32,000 nt of DNA, taken from positions 2,460,001-2,492,000 of the forward strand of contig CAWJMG010000003.1 of assembly GCA_963843975.1 (NCBI GenBank), read 5' to 3'. Shown here piece after piece: positions 24,062 through 32,000 of the stretch (position 1 is its first letter; each line of letters begins with the position of its first letter). The notes below the pieces were generated by a model. It searched no databases and had not been told where the DNA came from. It saw only the letters and a list, made by a program, of their open reading frames with translations. Made by a program: the position numbers and the translations under genes. The DNA comes from an uncultured Actinomycetes bacterium (GTDB lineage: Bacteria > Actinomycetota > Actinomycetes > S36-B12 > CAIYMF01).

Positions 24062-26473
24062 TCAGCGGTCGGTCGGCTGCTCCCCTGCGGACCGCAGCGC
24101 ACGCACGGCATCGGCCCTGCGGCCGTTGGCGACGAGCAGCACGGCGTCGAACACCGCTGGCGGCACCTTGCCCTGCGCGAACATCGACAGCATGCGCAGC
24201 GAGGCGTCCTCGAGCGTCTGGCGCACCATGACGCGCGCAACCTCGTCCTCGCCGATCACGCCGCCCATCCGCTCGGCGAGCATCCCCCGCAGGCGGGCCG
24301 CCGCGGCCGACGTCCCCAGCTGCGACAGCGGCGTGTTCCGCGTGAACTCGCCCTTGCGCTCGGGCTCGTTCGGCGGCAGCGGGCGGCCGAGCAGGGCCTC
24401 GAACGACGGACGGTCGAACGACTGGCCGGCCTTCGGCGCGGCGTACACCGGCGCGGCAGCGGGCTCGGCGACCGGATCGCCCTCGACCTCGACCTCGAGC
24501 GTCGCCCGCACGTCGCGCGAGGACGCCGCCACCTCGATGCCGTAGGTGCCGGGGTCGACCACCCAGGCATGCGTGCTCGGGCTCCACCGCTCGAACGCAC
24601 GGCGCGGCAGCGCCACCTCGACGACGGTCGACTCCCCGGCCGCCAGCGCGACCTTGGCGAAGCCTCCGAGGTGGTGCGCAGGCCGGAACGCAGCGGACTG
24701 CGGCGGCCGCACGTAGACCTGCACGACGTCCGAGCCTGCGCGCCCACCGGTGTTCGTGACGGTCGCGCGCACGGTGAGGGACACGTCGTCGGCCGCGACC
24801 GAGGCGCGGTCCGCGGACGCGTCCGACCACGCGAACGACGTGTACGACAGTCCGTGGCCGAACGGGAAGAGGACGTCGGCGTCCACGGTGTCGGTCCAGC
24901 GGTAGCCGACGTAGACGCTCTCGCGGTACTCCGCGAACCGCGGGCGGTCGGGGAGCGACGCGACCGGGTGCTCGGACCAGCGCCGCGGGAACGTCTCGGC
25001 GAGCCGGCCACCGGGCTCGAGCTCACCCACCAGCATGCGCGCGACAGCGCCGCCCGACTCCTGGCCGCCGAGGTAGGCCTCGAGGACGGCGGGCACGCGG
25101 TCGATCCACGGCATCTCCACCGGGGCGCCGTTGCTCAGCACCACGATCGTGCGCGGGTTGATCGCGGCGACGGTGTCGACCAGCGCGTCGTGCGACGCCG
25201 GCATCCGCAGGTGCTCGCGGTCGGCACCCTCGGTCTCGAACACCTCGGGCAGACCCACGAACACGATCGCGACGTCGGCCTGCGACGCGAGCAGGCGCGC
25301 CTCGTCGAGCAACGCGGCGTCCGGGCGCTCGGCGTACCGCTCGTAGCCCTGGCCGTACGTGACGGAGCCGACGCGCTCGCCGAGCGCGTCGAGAGCGGCG
25401 ACGACGCGACGCGCGTTGATGAGGGAGCTGCCCGCGCCCTGGAACCGCGGCACCTTGGCCAGGTCGCCGAGCACTGCGACCGTGAGGCCGCCGGCGTCGC
25501 GCAGCGGCAGCAGGCCGCCGTCGTTCTTCAGCAGCACGCTGCCCTGGGCCGCGACCTGCTCGGCCAGGGCGTGGTGCGCGTCGACGTCGATCTCCACCGG
25601 CGTGCGCGCGGCCTCGGTGCGGTCGACGAGGTCGAGCAGGCGGCGTACGGCGGTGTCGACGTACGCGACGTCGAGCGAGCCGTCGGCCACGGCGTCCACG
25701 ACGGGCTGCGCCGCACCGACCACCCCTGGCATCTGCAGGTCGAGGCCGGCGCGGAGCCCGGCGACGCGGTCGTTCGTGGCACCCCAGTCCGACATCACGA
25801 CGCCGTCGAAGCCCCATTCGTCGCGCAGCACTTTCGTGAGCAGCCACGGGCTCTCCGTCGCGTACTCGCCGAGCACCCGGTTGTACGCCGCCATCACGGT
25901 CCACGGCCGCGCCTCGCGGACGGCGGCCTCGAAGCTGGCGAGGTAGATCTCGCGCATCGCCCGCTCGTCGACGACCGCGTCGATGCTGTAGCGCAGCTTC
26001 TCCTGGTTGTTGGCCGCGAAGTGCTTGAGGGAGGCCCCGACACCCTGGCTCTGCACGCCGCGGATCCAGGCGGCGGCCATGGCCGAGGAGACGAGCGGGT
26101 CCTCGGAGAAGTACTCGAAGTTGCGGCCGCACAGCGGGGTGCGCTTGATGTTGGCGCCCGGCCCCAGCAGCACGCTGACGCCGAGCGCTCGGGACTCGAC
26201 GCCGAGGGCGACCCCGACCCGCTCGACGAGGGCGGGGTCCCAGGTGGAGGCGAGCGTGGCCGCGGTCGGGAAGCACGTGGCGGGGTGGTTGGCGCCGATC
26301 GAGAGCTCGTCGGTGGAGGTGCTCTGCAGGCGCACGCCGTGCGGGCCGTCGGTGAGCACGATGGGTGGGACGCCGATCGCCTCGACCCCGTGCATCGACC
26401 AGAAGTCGCGCCCGGCCAGCAGCTCGGCCTTGTCCGCCACCGAAGCGCCGACGATCCACTCCTCTGTCCCCAT
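24062..26473 (-). CDS. glycoside hydrolase family 3 beta-glucosidase, 803 aa
   Basis: LTDGPHGVR and KHFAANNQE motifs. Nucleophile region FDGVVMSDWGA. The length fits GH3 with a fibronectin-III-like C-terminal domain. Confidence 0.92.
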   Translation of the reverse strand: MGTEEWIVGASVADKAELLAGRDFWSMHGVEAIGVPPIVLTDGPHGVRLQSTSTDELSIGANHPATCFPTAATLASTWDPALVERVGVALGVESRALGVSVLLGPGANIKRTPLCGRNFEYFSEDPLVSSAMAAAWIRGVQSQGVGASLKHFAANNQEKLRYSIDAVVDERAMREIYLASFEAAVREARPWTVMAAYNRVLGEYATESPWLLTKVLRDEWGFDGVVMSDWGATNDRVAGLRAGLDLQMPGVVGAAQPVVDAVADGSLDVAYVDTAVRRLLDLVDRTEAARTPVEIDVDAHHALAEQVAAQGSVLLKNDGGLLPLRDAGGLTVAVLGDLAKVPRFQGAGSSLINARRVVAALDALGERVGSVTYGQGYERYAERPDAALLDEARLLASQADVAIVFVGLPEVFETEGADREHLRMPASHDALVDTVAAINPRTIVVLSNGAPVEMPWIDRVPAVLEAYLGGQESGGAVARMLVGELEPGGRLAETFPRRWSEHPVASLPDRPRFAEYRESVYVGYRWTDTVDADVLFPFGHGLSYTSFAWSDASADRASVAADDVSLTVRATVTNTGGRAGSDVVQVYVRPPQSAAFRPAHHLGGFAKVALAAGESTVVEVALPRRAFERWSPSTHAWVVDPGTYGIEVAASSRDVRATLEVEVEGDPVAEPAAAPVYAAPKAGQSFDRPSFEALLGRPLPPNEPERKGEFTRNTPLSQLGTSAAAARLRGMLAERMGGVIGEDEVARVMVRQTLEDASLRMLSMFAQGKVPPAVFDAVLLVANGRRADAVRALRSAGEQPTDR

Positions 26474-26505
26474 GGGACGACCCTAGGCCGCCCCGGGAGC
26501 AGGCG

Positions 26506-26895
26506 TCAGGGGTGCAGGACCTCGCCCGGAACGACGCGGGGGTCGTCCACGGTGACGGTGGTCGGGGTGCCGACGCGGCCCCCCTCCCAGTGGCGGTACG
26601 CCGTGGTCGCACCGAACAGCGCCGCGATCAGCCAGGCCGCGATCCCGGCGTCGTCGAGCAGGCCGGGGAAGGTGAGGAAGGCCTCGGGGAGCAGGTCGAT
26701 CGGCGACACGATGTAGACGACGGCGAGCACCATGACGAGCAGGCGGCCGCGGCCGATGCCGTCGAAGCGGCCGGACATCACGTCGCGCACCATGCGCGGG
26801 ATCGAGCCCACGCGCTGCGCGAACCCGATCGGCCCGTCGGAGGCTGCCGCAGCGGCAGCCGCTGCGTACGCCGCCTTCTTGCGGTTGCTGGCCAT
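26506..26895 (-). CDS. DUF1232 (YkvA-like) membrane protein, 129 aa
   Basis: The track ORF is trimmed to ATG 26895, which has GGGAGGA 5-11 nt upstream. Family motif VYIVSPIDLLPE...PGLLDDAGIAAWL. Confidence 0.75.
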   Translation of the reverse strand: MASNRKKAAYAAAAAAAASDGPIGFAQRVGSIPRMVRDVMSGRFDGIGRGRLLVMVLAVVYIVSPIDLLPEAFLTFPGLLDDAGIAAWLIAALFGATTAYRHWEGGRVGTPTTVTVDDPRVVPGEVLHP

Positions 26896-27003
26896 GACGT
26901 CCTCCCTCGTCCCGGGTTCCCGGGCACGTACTGTCCGACGCTGTCGGACCGGCCCAGGTTCCCATGCCCACCCGCGTCCGGGCACCCTCCGGGCGAGAGA
27001 AGT

Positions 27004-27050
27004 CCGCCCCAGGCACCTCGTGTCGGGGGAGGCCGAGGTGCCTGGGGCGG
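27004..27050 (-). terminator. 17-bp perfect-stem hairpin, possible intrinsic terminator of the tdh-kbl operon
   Basis: CCGCCCCAGGCACCTCG (27004-27020) pairs with CGAGGTGCCTGGGGCGG (27034-27050) around a 13-nt loop. On the minus strand the stem is followed by ACTTCTCTC, a weak U-tract. It lies about 320 nt downstream of the kbl stop. Confidence 0.4.
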
Positions 27051-27372
27051 AGGCTCGAGCACCGCATGGAGGGGCATCCTGCGGCGGGGCCGTCACGCGC
27101 CCCCTCCACGGGGATGGCGGAGGCGCGTGACGGGGCGTGCGACCCGGTGGGAGAAGGACGGGCCACCGGGCCGCGTCCGACGCGGTGGCTCCGTGTCGGA
27201 GATCAGCGGCCGCCCGTACGCCGATCCCAGCGGGACCTGCGTGCGTGCGGCACCGCTGATCGTGTGACCGGTGCCCCGCTCCCCTCCAGGGAAGTTCGTC
27301 CCGACCAGCATGCGACGGTCCCGAACCCCGGGGGAACCCGTCCGATGGTCCCGGTACCCCGGTACCCCCCGG

Positions 27373-28563
27373 TCAGGCCTGGGCGGCGGCCCGGGCCTCG
27401 ATGAAGGCCTGGACGGCGCGGTCGACGTCGGCGTCGGTGTGCGCGGCGGAGAGCTGGACGCGGATCCGGGCCTGGCCCTGAGGCACGACCGGGAACGAGA
27501 ACGCCACGGCGTACACCCCGCGGGCGAACAGCTCCTCGGCCACGCGGCCGGCCACGATCGCGTCGCCGAACATCACCGGCACGATCGGGTGCGACCCCGG
27601 CAGCAGGTCGAACCCGGCCGCCTCCATGCCTGCGCGGAAGCGTGCCGCCGCCGCGTGCACGTGCTCGCGCAGCGCGCTCTCGCCCTCGAGCAGGTCGAGC
27701 ACGGCGAGCGAGGCGGCCACGATCGGCGGCGCGACGGAGTTCGAGAAGAGGTACGGCCGCGCCCGCTGCTTGAGCAGCGCGACGATCTCCGCGCGCGCAG
27801 CGACGTACCCTCCCGACGCTCCCCCGAGCGCCTTGCCGAGGGTGCCCGTGACGATGTCGACGCGGTCCTGCACGCCGAACAGCTCGGGCGTGCCACGGCC
27901 CGTGGGCCCGACGAACCCCACCGCGTGCGAGTCGTCGACCATCACGAGCGCGTCGTGCTTGCCTGCGAGCGCGACGATCTCGTCGAGCGGCGCGAGGTAG
28001 CCGTCCATCGAGAAGACGCCGTCGGTCACGATGAGGCGGTAGCGGGCGCCGGCCGACTCGACCAGCCGGGCCTCGAGCTCGGCCATGTCGCGGTTGGCGT
28101 AGCGCAGCCGCTGCGCCTTGCACAGCCGCACGCCGTCGATGATCGACGCGTGGTTGAGGGCGTCCGAGATCACGGCGTCGCGCTCGTCGAGCACCGCCTC
28201 GAACACGCCGCCGTTCGCGTCGAAGCACGAGCCGAACAGGATCGAGTCCTCGGTGCCGAGGTACGCCGCGATGCGCTCCTCGAGGTCGCGGTGGATCGAC
28301 TGCGTGCCGCAGATGAACCGCACCGACGCCATGCCGTAGCCCCACTCGCGCACGGCCTGCTCGGCGGCGGAGACGACGCGCGGGTCGTCGGCCAGGCCGA
28401 GGTAGTTGTTGGCGCAGAGGTTGAGGACGTCGCGGCCGTCGGTGTCGACGACGTGCGTGCCCTGCGGCGAGGCCATCACCCGCTCGGGCTTGAAGACGCC
28501 CGTCGCGCGCATCTCGTCGAGCCGGCCGTTGATGTCCGCGCGGAGCGCGTCGAGCGCCGTCAT
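27373..28563 (-). CDS. kbl: glycine C-acetyltransferase (2-amino-3-ketobutyrate CoA ligase)
   Basis: The track ORF is trimmed to ATG 28563. [17 protein letters not shown] and DDSHAVGF motifs. PLP-lysine motif [18 protein letters not shown] overlap with tdh. Confidence 0.93.
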   Translation of the reverse strand: MTALDALRADINGRLDEMRATGVFKPERVMASPQGTHVVDTDGRDVLNLCANNYLGLADDPRVVSAAEQAVREWGYGMASVRFICGTQSIHRDLEERIAAYLGTEDSILFGSCFDANGGVFEAVLDERDAVISDALNHASIIDGVRLCKAQRLRYANRDMAELEARLVESAGARYRLIVTDGVFSMDGYLAPLDEIVALAGKHDALVMVDDSHAVGFVGPTGRGTPELFGVQDRVDIVTGTLGKALGGASGGYVAARAEIVALLKQRARPYLFSNSVAPPIVAASLAVLDLLEGESALREHVHAAAARFRAGMEAAGFDLLPGSHPIVPVMFGDAIVAGRVAEELFARGVYAVAFSFPVVPQGQARIRVQLSAAHTDADVDRAVQAFIEARAAAQA

Positions 28564-29597
28564 GACGCCACCTCCCAGTCGAGGACGACCTTGCCGCAGT
28601 GACCCGACGCTGCGATGTCGAACGCCGCGTCGAACTCCGTGTACGGAAAGCGATGCGTGATCACGGGCGAGATGTCGAGGCCGGCGCCGACGAGCACCGA
28701 CATCGCGTACCAGGTCTCGAACATCTCGCGTCCGAAGATGCCCTTCACCGTGAGCATCGAGCGGATCACACGGTCCCACTGGAACTCGACCGACGCCGAG
28801 GGCAGGCCGAGCAGCGCGATCTTCCCGCCGTGCGCCATCGACGAGACCATCGACTGCAGCGCCGGTGCGGCGCCCGACATCTCGAGGCCGACGTCGAACC
28901 CCTCGACCATGCCGAGCTCGGCCATGACCTCGCGGAGGTTCGCCGTACGCACGTCGATCGCACGGGTGACCGCGCCCATCGACTCGGCCAGGGCCAGCCT
29001 CTCGGGCGACAGGTCGGTGATCACGATGTTGCGCGCACCCGCGTGCCGCGCCACCGACGCGGCCATGATCCCGATCGGGCCGGCCCCCGTGACGAGCACG
29101 TCCTCGCCGAGCACCTCGAACGCGAGCGCCGAGTGCACCGCGTTGCCGAACGGGTCGAAGATCGCGGCGACGTCGGGGTCGATCGGCTTCGGGTGCCGCC
29201 ACACGTTCGTCGCCGGCACGACGACCACCTCGGCGAAGCCGCCGTCGCGGTCGATGCCCACGCTGACGGTGTTGGGGCAGAGCTGACGACGCCCACCGAG
29301 GCACCAGCGGCAGCGGCCGCACACGATGTGCCCCTCGACGCTGACGAGGTCGCCGACATCGACGGTGTCGACGCCCGTGCCGACCTCCTCGACCCGACCC
29401 GCGATCTCGTGGCCGAGGGTCACGGGGGTGCGCACCGCACCCTGCGCCCAGGTGTCCCACGAGCGCACGTGCAGGTCGGTGCCGCAGATCCCCGTGCGCA
29501 GCACTCTGATCCGCACCTCGCCGGGCCCGGTCACGGGCTCGGGCACGTCACGCAGCCACAGCCCTGGAGCAGCCTCCGCCTTCACCAACGCCTTCAT
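28560..29597 (-). CDS. tdh: L-threonine 3-dehydrogenase (zinc-dependent alcohol dehydrogenase fold)
   Basis: Trimmed to ATG 29597 (MKALVK...). GICGTDLH zinc motif, structural-zinc Cys cluster CGRCRWC, Rossmann motif VTGAGPIG. Translationally coupled to kbl. Confidence 0.92.
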   Translation of the reverse strand: MKALVKAEAAPGLWLRDVPEPVTGPGEVRIRVLRTGICGTDLHVRSWDTWAQGAVRTPVTLGHEIAGRVEEVGTGVDTVDVGDLVSVEGHIVCGRCRWCLGGRRQLCPNTVSVGIDRDGGFAEVVVVPATNVWRHPKPIDPDVAAIFDPFGNAVHSALAFEVLGEDVLVTGAGPIGIMAASVARHAGARNIVITDLSPERLALAESMGAVTRAIDVRTANLREVMAELGMVEGFDVGLEMSGAAPALQSMVSSMAHGGKIALLGLPSASVEFQWDRVIRSMLTVKGIFGREMFETWYAMSVLVGAGLDISPVITHRFPYTEFDAAFDIAASGHCGKVVLDWEVAS

Positions 29598-29735
29598 GCG
29601 TTCCAGCCAACCACGCGGCCGCGGACGTTGCGCCCGCTCGGAGGTCACGAGTCGGCCCGGATGCGCACGTCGGCACCCCTCCCTGTGCTGAGGTAGCCCC
29701 GGCGGGACGGACCGCCCGGACGGACGGGGTGCAGC

Positions 29736-30377
29736 GTGCGATCGAGGCTTCTCACCGGTGCTGCGGGCGCGGCACTCGTCGTCGGGCTCGTGACGGGCTG
29801 CGGCAGCGGCGGCATCTCGCTCCCGAGCGAGCGCCCGACCCTGCCCACGCCGTCCCTCTCTCTCCCCTCGCTCCCGAGCCGTACGTCGGAGCCGCCGAGC
29901 GAGACGCCGTCCGAGACCGCGACCGAGACGCCCACCGAGACCCCCTCGAGCGAGCCCACCGAGTCGCCGTCGACCGAGCCGAGCGCGAGCGAGAGCGAGG
30001 CCGAGTCGGCCACACCCACGCCGCCCCCGTCGACGACCTCGGCCGCCCCGAAGCCGACGCCGACCACGTCGAGCCCGGAGCCGACCAGCGACTCGCCCAC
30101 CCCGGAGCCGACCACCGAGTCGCCCGAGCCCGAGACGACCTCCGCCGAGCCGACGCCGGAGCCGACGTCCGAGACCCCCACCGCGGAGTCCACGACCGCG
30201 GTCCCGAGCGCGTCGACGAGCGTCGGCCAGGGCACGCCGCCGCCGGCGTCCGACTCGGGCGGCATGCCGTCGTGGGGCTGGATCATCCTGCTCGTCCTCG
30301 CCGCGGTCGCTGCCGGAGCGGGCTGGCTCCTCAGCCGCCGCCGCGACGACGACCCGTCAGCCGAGTCCGAGGTCTAG
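29736..30377 (+). CDS. Pro/Thr/Ser/Glu-rich lipoprotein with a C-terminal TM anchor
   Basis: Signal peptide plus lipobox [24 protein letters not shown]. About 150 aa of low-complexity (E/S)(T/P)P(S/T)E repeats. C-terminal helix [20 protein letters not shown] followed by SRRRDDD. Confidence 0.75.
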   Translation: MRSRLLTGAAGAALVVGLVTGCGSGGISLPSERPTLPTPSLSLPSLPSRTSEPPSETPSETATETPTETPSSEPTESPSTEPSASESEAESATPTPPPSTTSAAPKPTPTTSSPEPTSDSPTPEPTTESPEPETTSAEPTPEPTSETPTAESTTAVPSASTSVGQGTPPPASDSGGMPSWGWIILLVLAAVAAGAGWLLSRRRDDDPSAESEV

Positions 30378-30380
30378 ACC

Positions 30381-31031
30381 TCAGGCCTGGAGGTCGGCGA
30401 TGCCCTTCAGCAGGAGCAGGAGTCCGATCACGACGAGGACGACCGCCATCACGGCGGAGTTGTTGCGCACGAGCCAGTCACGGGCGACGCCGAGCGGCCC
30501 CAGGACGCGCTCGCCGAGCACGGTGTACGCCAGCACCGGGATCGCGACGCTCACGGACGCCACGAGCGTGAACACCACGACTGCGACGATGTCGCCCCGC
30601 GCAGTGAAGTCGTCTGCGCCGATCGCGAGGCCGGCCGCCGCAGCGAGGAGGAGCACCTTGGGGTTCGCGGCCGACAGGAGCAGGGCGACGCGGAACGCCC
30701 CGGCGGGAGCGGCGCCGCTGATCGAGCGCATCCAGGCCGGCTGCTCGGCGTCGGCGGCTCGGCCGGTCCACTGCTTCACGCCGTACGCCACGAGCCCAAC
30801 CCCGCCGACGACGCGCAGCCACGACGCCCACGACGGCGTGTAGTCCGACTGGTCCACGACCTCGGCCAGGAGCACGAAGACCGCAGCCGGGGCGCCCACG
30901 CCGAGGAGCCAGCCCGACAGGAACGACCAGGCCGCCGCGCGGGCCCGGTCGGTGAACAGCAGCAGGATCACCGGGATCACCGGGAACGGCGAGGCCGCGA
31001 TGCCGATCGCGAGCGGCAGCACCTCTCCCAC
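30381..31031 (-). CDS. GAP-family / Sap-like (sulfolipid-1-addressing-protein-like) membrane protein
   Basis: GTG 31031 has GGAGGAGGG 4-12 nt upstream. The N-terminus MGEVLPLAIGIAASPFPVIPVILLLF and the six-TM layout match my recollection of this family. Confidence 0.55.
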   Translation of the reverse strand: MGEVLPLAIGIAASPFPVIPVILLLFTDRARAAAWSFLSGWLLGVGAPAAVFVLLAEVVDQSDYTPSWASWLRVVGGVGLVAYGVKQWTGRAADAEQPAWMRSISGAAPAGAFRVALLLSAANPKVLLLAAAAGLAIGADDFTARGDIVAVVVFTLVASVSVAIPVLAYTVLGERVLGPLGVARDWLVRNNSAVMAVVLVVIGLLLLLKGIADLQA

Positions 31032-31061
31032 GGGCCCTCCTCCGTACGGCGTGACCGAACC

Positions 31062-32000
31062 CTAGGTGTAGTTCCCCGTGAGGTTGTGAACGCGGGCTGC
31101 GGGAACGTCGCCGCCGATGCCGGTGTGGGGTCGGTGGTGATTGTAGGAGTGGATCCAGTCGGCGTAGGTCGCGTCGCGGGCGGCCTGCGAGGGGTAGGTC
31201 TGGGCGTAGGCCCACTCTGAGGCCAGCGTGCGGTTGAAGCGTTCGACCTTGCCGTTGGTCTGGGGCCGATAGGGCCGGGTCCGCTTGTGCTTGACCTCCT
31301 TTCCGAGGGCGGAGGCGAAGTCCTTGGATCTGTAGCAGGGGCCGTTGTCGGTCATGACCGCGGTGACGGTGATGCCGGCCGCGTTGAAGAACGCCCTCGC
31401 TCGCTTCCAGAACGCGGCCGCGGTCTCTTTTCGTTCGTCGGGCAGCTGCTCGGAGTAGGCCAGCCGCGTGTGGTCATCGACGGCGTGGTGCAGGTAGACG
31501 TAGCCGCGGGATGACTTGGCCCCCTGACGCGCGGCTCGGGTCCGTGAGACGCGGGCGCGCTTGTCCTGCTCGGAGCCGCGGCCATAGGCCCGCCAGCCAC
31601 CGCCGTCGGGGATCTTCCCGAGCTTCTTGACGTCCACGTGCACGAGGTCGCCCGGAGCGGCAGCCTCATAGCGGGTCGGCTTGGTCTTGCGGACGGGCAG
31701 GCCCGTGGCCTGGTCGAGGTGGGTCAGCAGCGGCATCTGGTAGCGGGCCAGCACCCGCCCGACGGTCGAGCGGGGCACGCCCAGGTGGTAGGCGATCCGG
31801 TGCGGGCCCCACCGACGGGTGAACCGCAGCCCGACGATGCGCTGCTCGAGCCGGCGCGGGCACCGGGTCGGGCTGCGCAGGGGCCGCGACGACCCGTCGG
31901 TCATCGGCATGCCCGCCCGGTAGCGGGCAGCCCACTTCGACGCCGTCGCCGGCGAGCACTGGAACCGCTCAGCGGCCCGGCGGACCGCCCAGCCGTCCTC
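31062..32000 (-). CDS. IS481-family transposase (DDE/integrase core), 5'-truncated by the window edge
   Basis: The frame is open from position 32000 (EDGWAVRRAAERFQCSPATASKWAARYRAGMPMTDG...), so the gene starts outside the window. Core motifs LVHVDVKKLGKIP, VMTDNGPCYRS and RPYRPQTNGKVERFNRTL. Confidence 0.9.
   Translation of the reverse strand, partial: EDGWAVRRAAERFQCSPATASKWAARYRAGMPMTDGSSRPLRSPTRCPRRLEQRIVGLRFTRRWGPHRIAYHLGVPRSTVGRVLARYQMPLLTHLDQATGLPVRKTKPTRYEAAAPGDLVHVDVKKLGKIPDGGGWRAYGRGSEQDKRARVSRTRAARQGAKSSRGYVYLHHAVDDHTRLAYSEQLPDERKETAAAFWKRARAFFNAAGITVTAVMTDNGPCYRSKDFASALGKEVKHKRTRPYRPQTNGKVERFNRTLASEWAYAQTYPSQAARDATYADWIHSYNHHRPHTGIGGDVPAARVHNLTGNYT

Noticed and set aside
24041-26716. 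An 891-aa plus-strand ORF and a 529-aa minus-strand ORF overlap the GH3 gene. Similar shadow ORFs exist over kbl/tdh (27203-28345, 27271-28602, 28599-29696) and over SulP (11341-13476, 11396-12313).
   Set aside because: These are shadow frames with Arg/Asp/Gly-rich composition and no recognisable domains. The real genes in these intervals are unambiguous.
29645-30286. A 213-aa minus-strand ORF rich in Gly/Ser/Val/Asp lies opposite the PT-rich lipoprotein gene.
   Set aside because: It is the mirror image of a low-complexity repeat, with no start context, signal or motif. The plus-strand frame has a signal peptide, a lipobox and a C-terminal TM helix.
15224-32000. A possible composite transposon bounded by the IS30 copy (15224-16329) and the IS481 copy (31062 onwards).
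   Set aside because: The two elements belong to different IS families with unrelated transposases and ends. The enclosed 15 kb is ordinary high-GC chromosomal content (tdh-kbl, Dps, GH3).
1-32000. A scan for CRISPR arrays, rRNA genes, long tandem repeats, retron- or DGR-like template/variable repeat pairs, and integrase genes.
   Set aside because: No regularly spaced direct repeats, no rRNA-like sequence and no reverse transcriptase or integrase motifs were seen on either strand. The only long exact repeat is the 42-bp tRNA-Lys duplication reported above.

Overview
This window is a high-GC, densely coding segment of actinobacterial type. GC hand-counted on a few 60-nt lines is about 70-80% in the backbone. 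No database search or folding program was run. All calls rest on hand translation, codon third-position bias and recalled family motifs. Many long arginine-rich ORFs in the track are shadow frames of real genes and were discarded.

Content from left to right:
- Positions 1-6494 are a lower-GC accessory stretch (about 58-63% on sampled lines). It holds a truncated TPR-like gene that is missing from the ORF track, an orphan 573-aa lipoprotein, a small hypothetical gene and an intact tRNA-Lys(UUU). Directly behind the tRNA lies a 2.6-kb insert with no integrase, bracketed by a perfect 42-bp duplication of the tRNA 3' part.
- Next comes a serine hydrolase.
- A sulfatase module follows: a Cys-type arylsulfatase, a UPF0104 membrane protein translationally coupled to a SulP-STAS transporter, and a convergent radical-SAM sulfatase maturase.
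- Then a degenerate tRNA-like element and an IS30-family insertion.
- Then a NarL-type two-component system, a DUF2306 protein, and a DksA/TraR zinc-finger protein.
- Then a PadR-DUF1048-ABC exporter cassette whose permease carries a 1-nt frameshift.
- Then a SOUL-family protein, Dps, a secreted SGNH hydrolase, a GH3 beta-glucosidase, and a DUF1232 protein.
- Then a 477-bp hairpin-dense non-coding region and the tdh-kbl threonine degradation operon.
- Then a Pro/Thr/Glu-rich lipoprotein, a GAP/Sap-family membrane protein, and an IS481-family transposase truncated by the right edge.

The best candidate for an undescribed system is the tRNA-Lys insert (3849-6452). It carries a tightly coupled gene pair, followed by a single-pass membrane protein. 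The two proteins of the pair share a wHTH-like domain, and the second ends in a HEPN-type RNxxxH domain. I read this as a possible toxin-antitoxin or abortive-infection cassette. That reading is inference and needs experimental and comparative testing.
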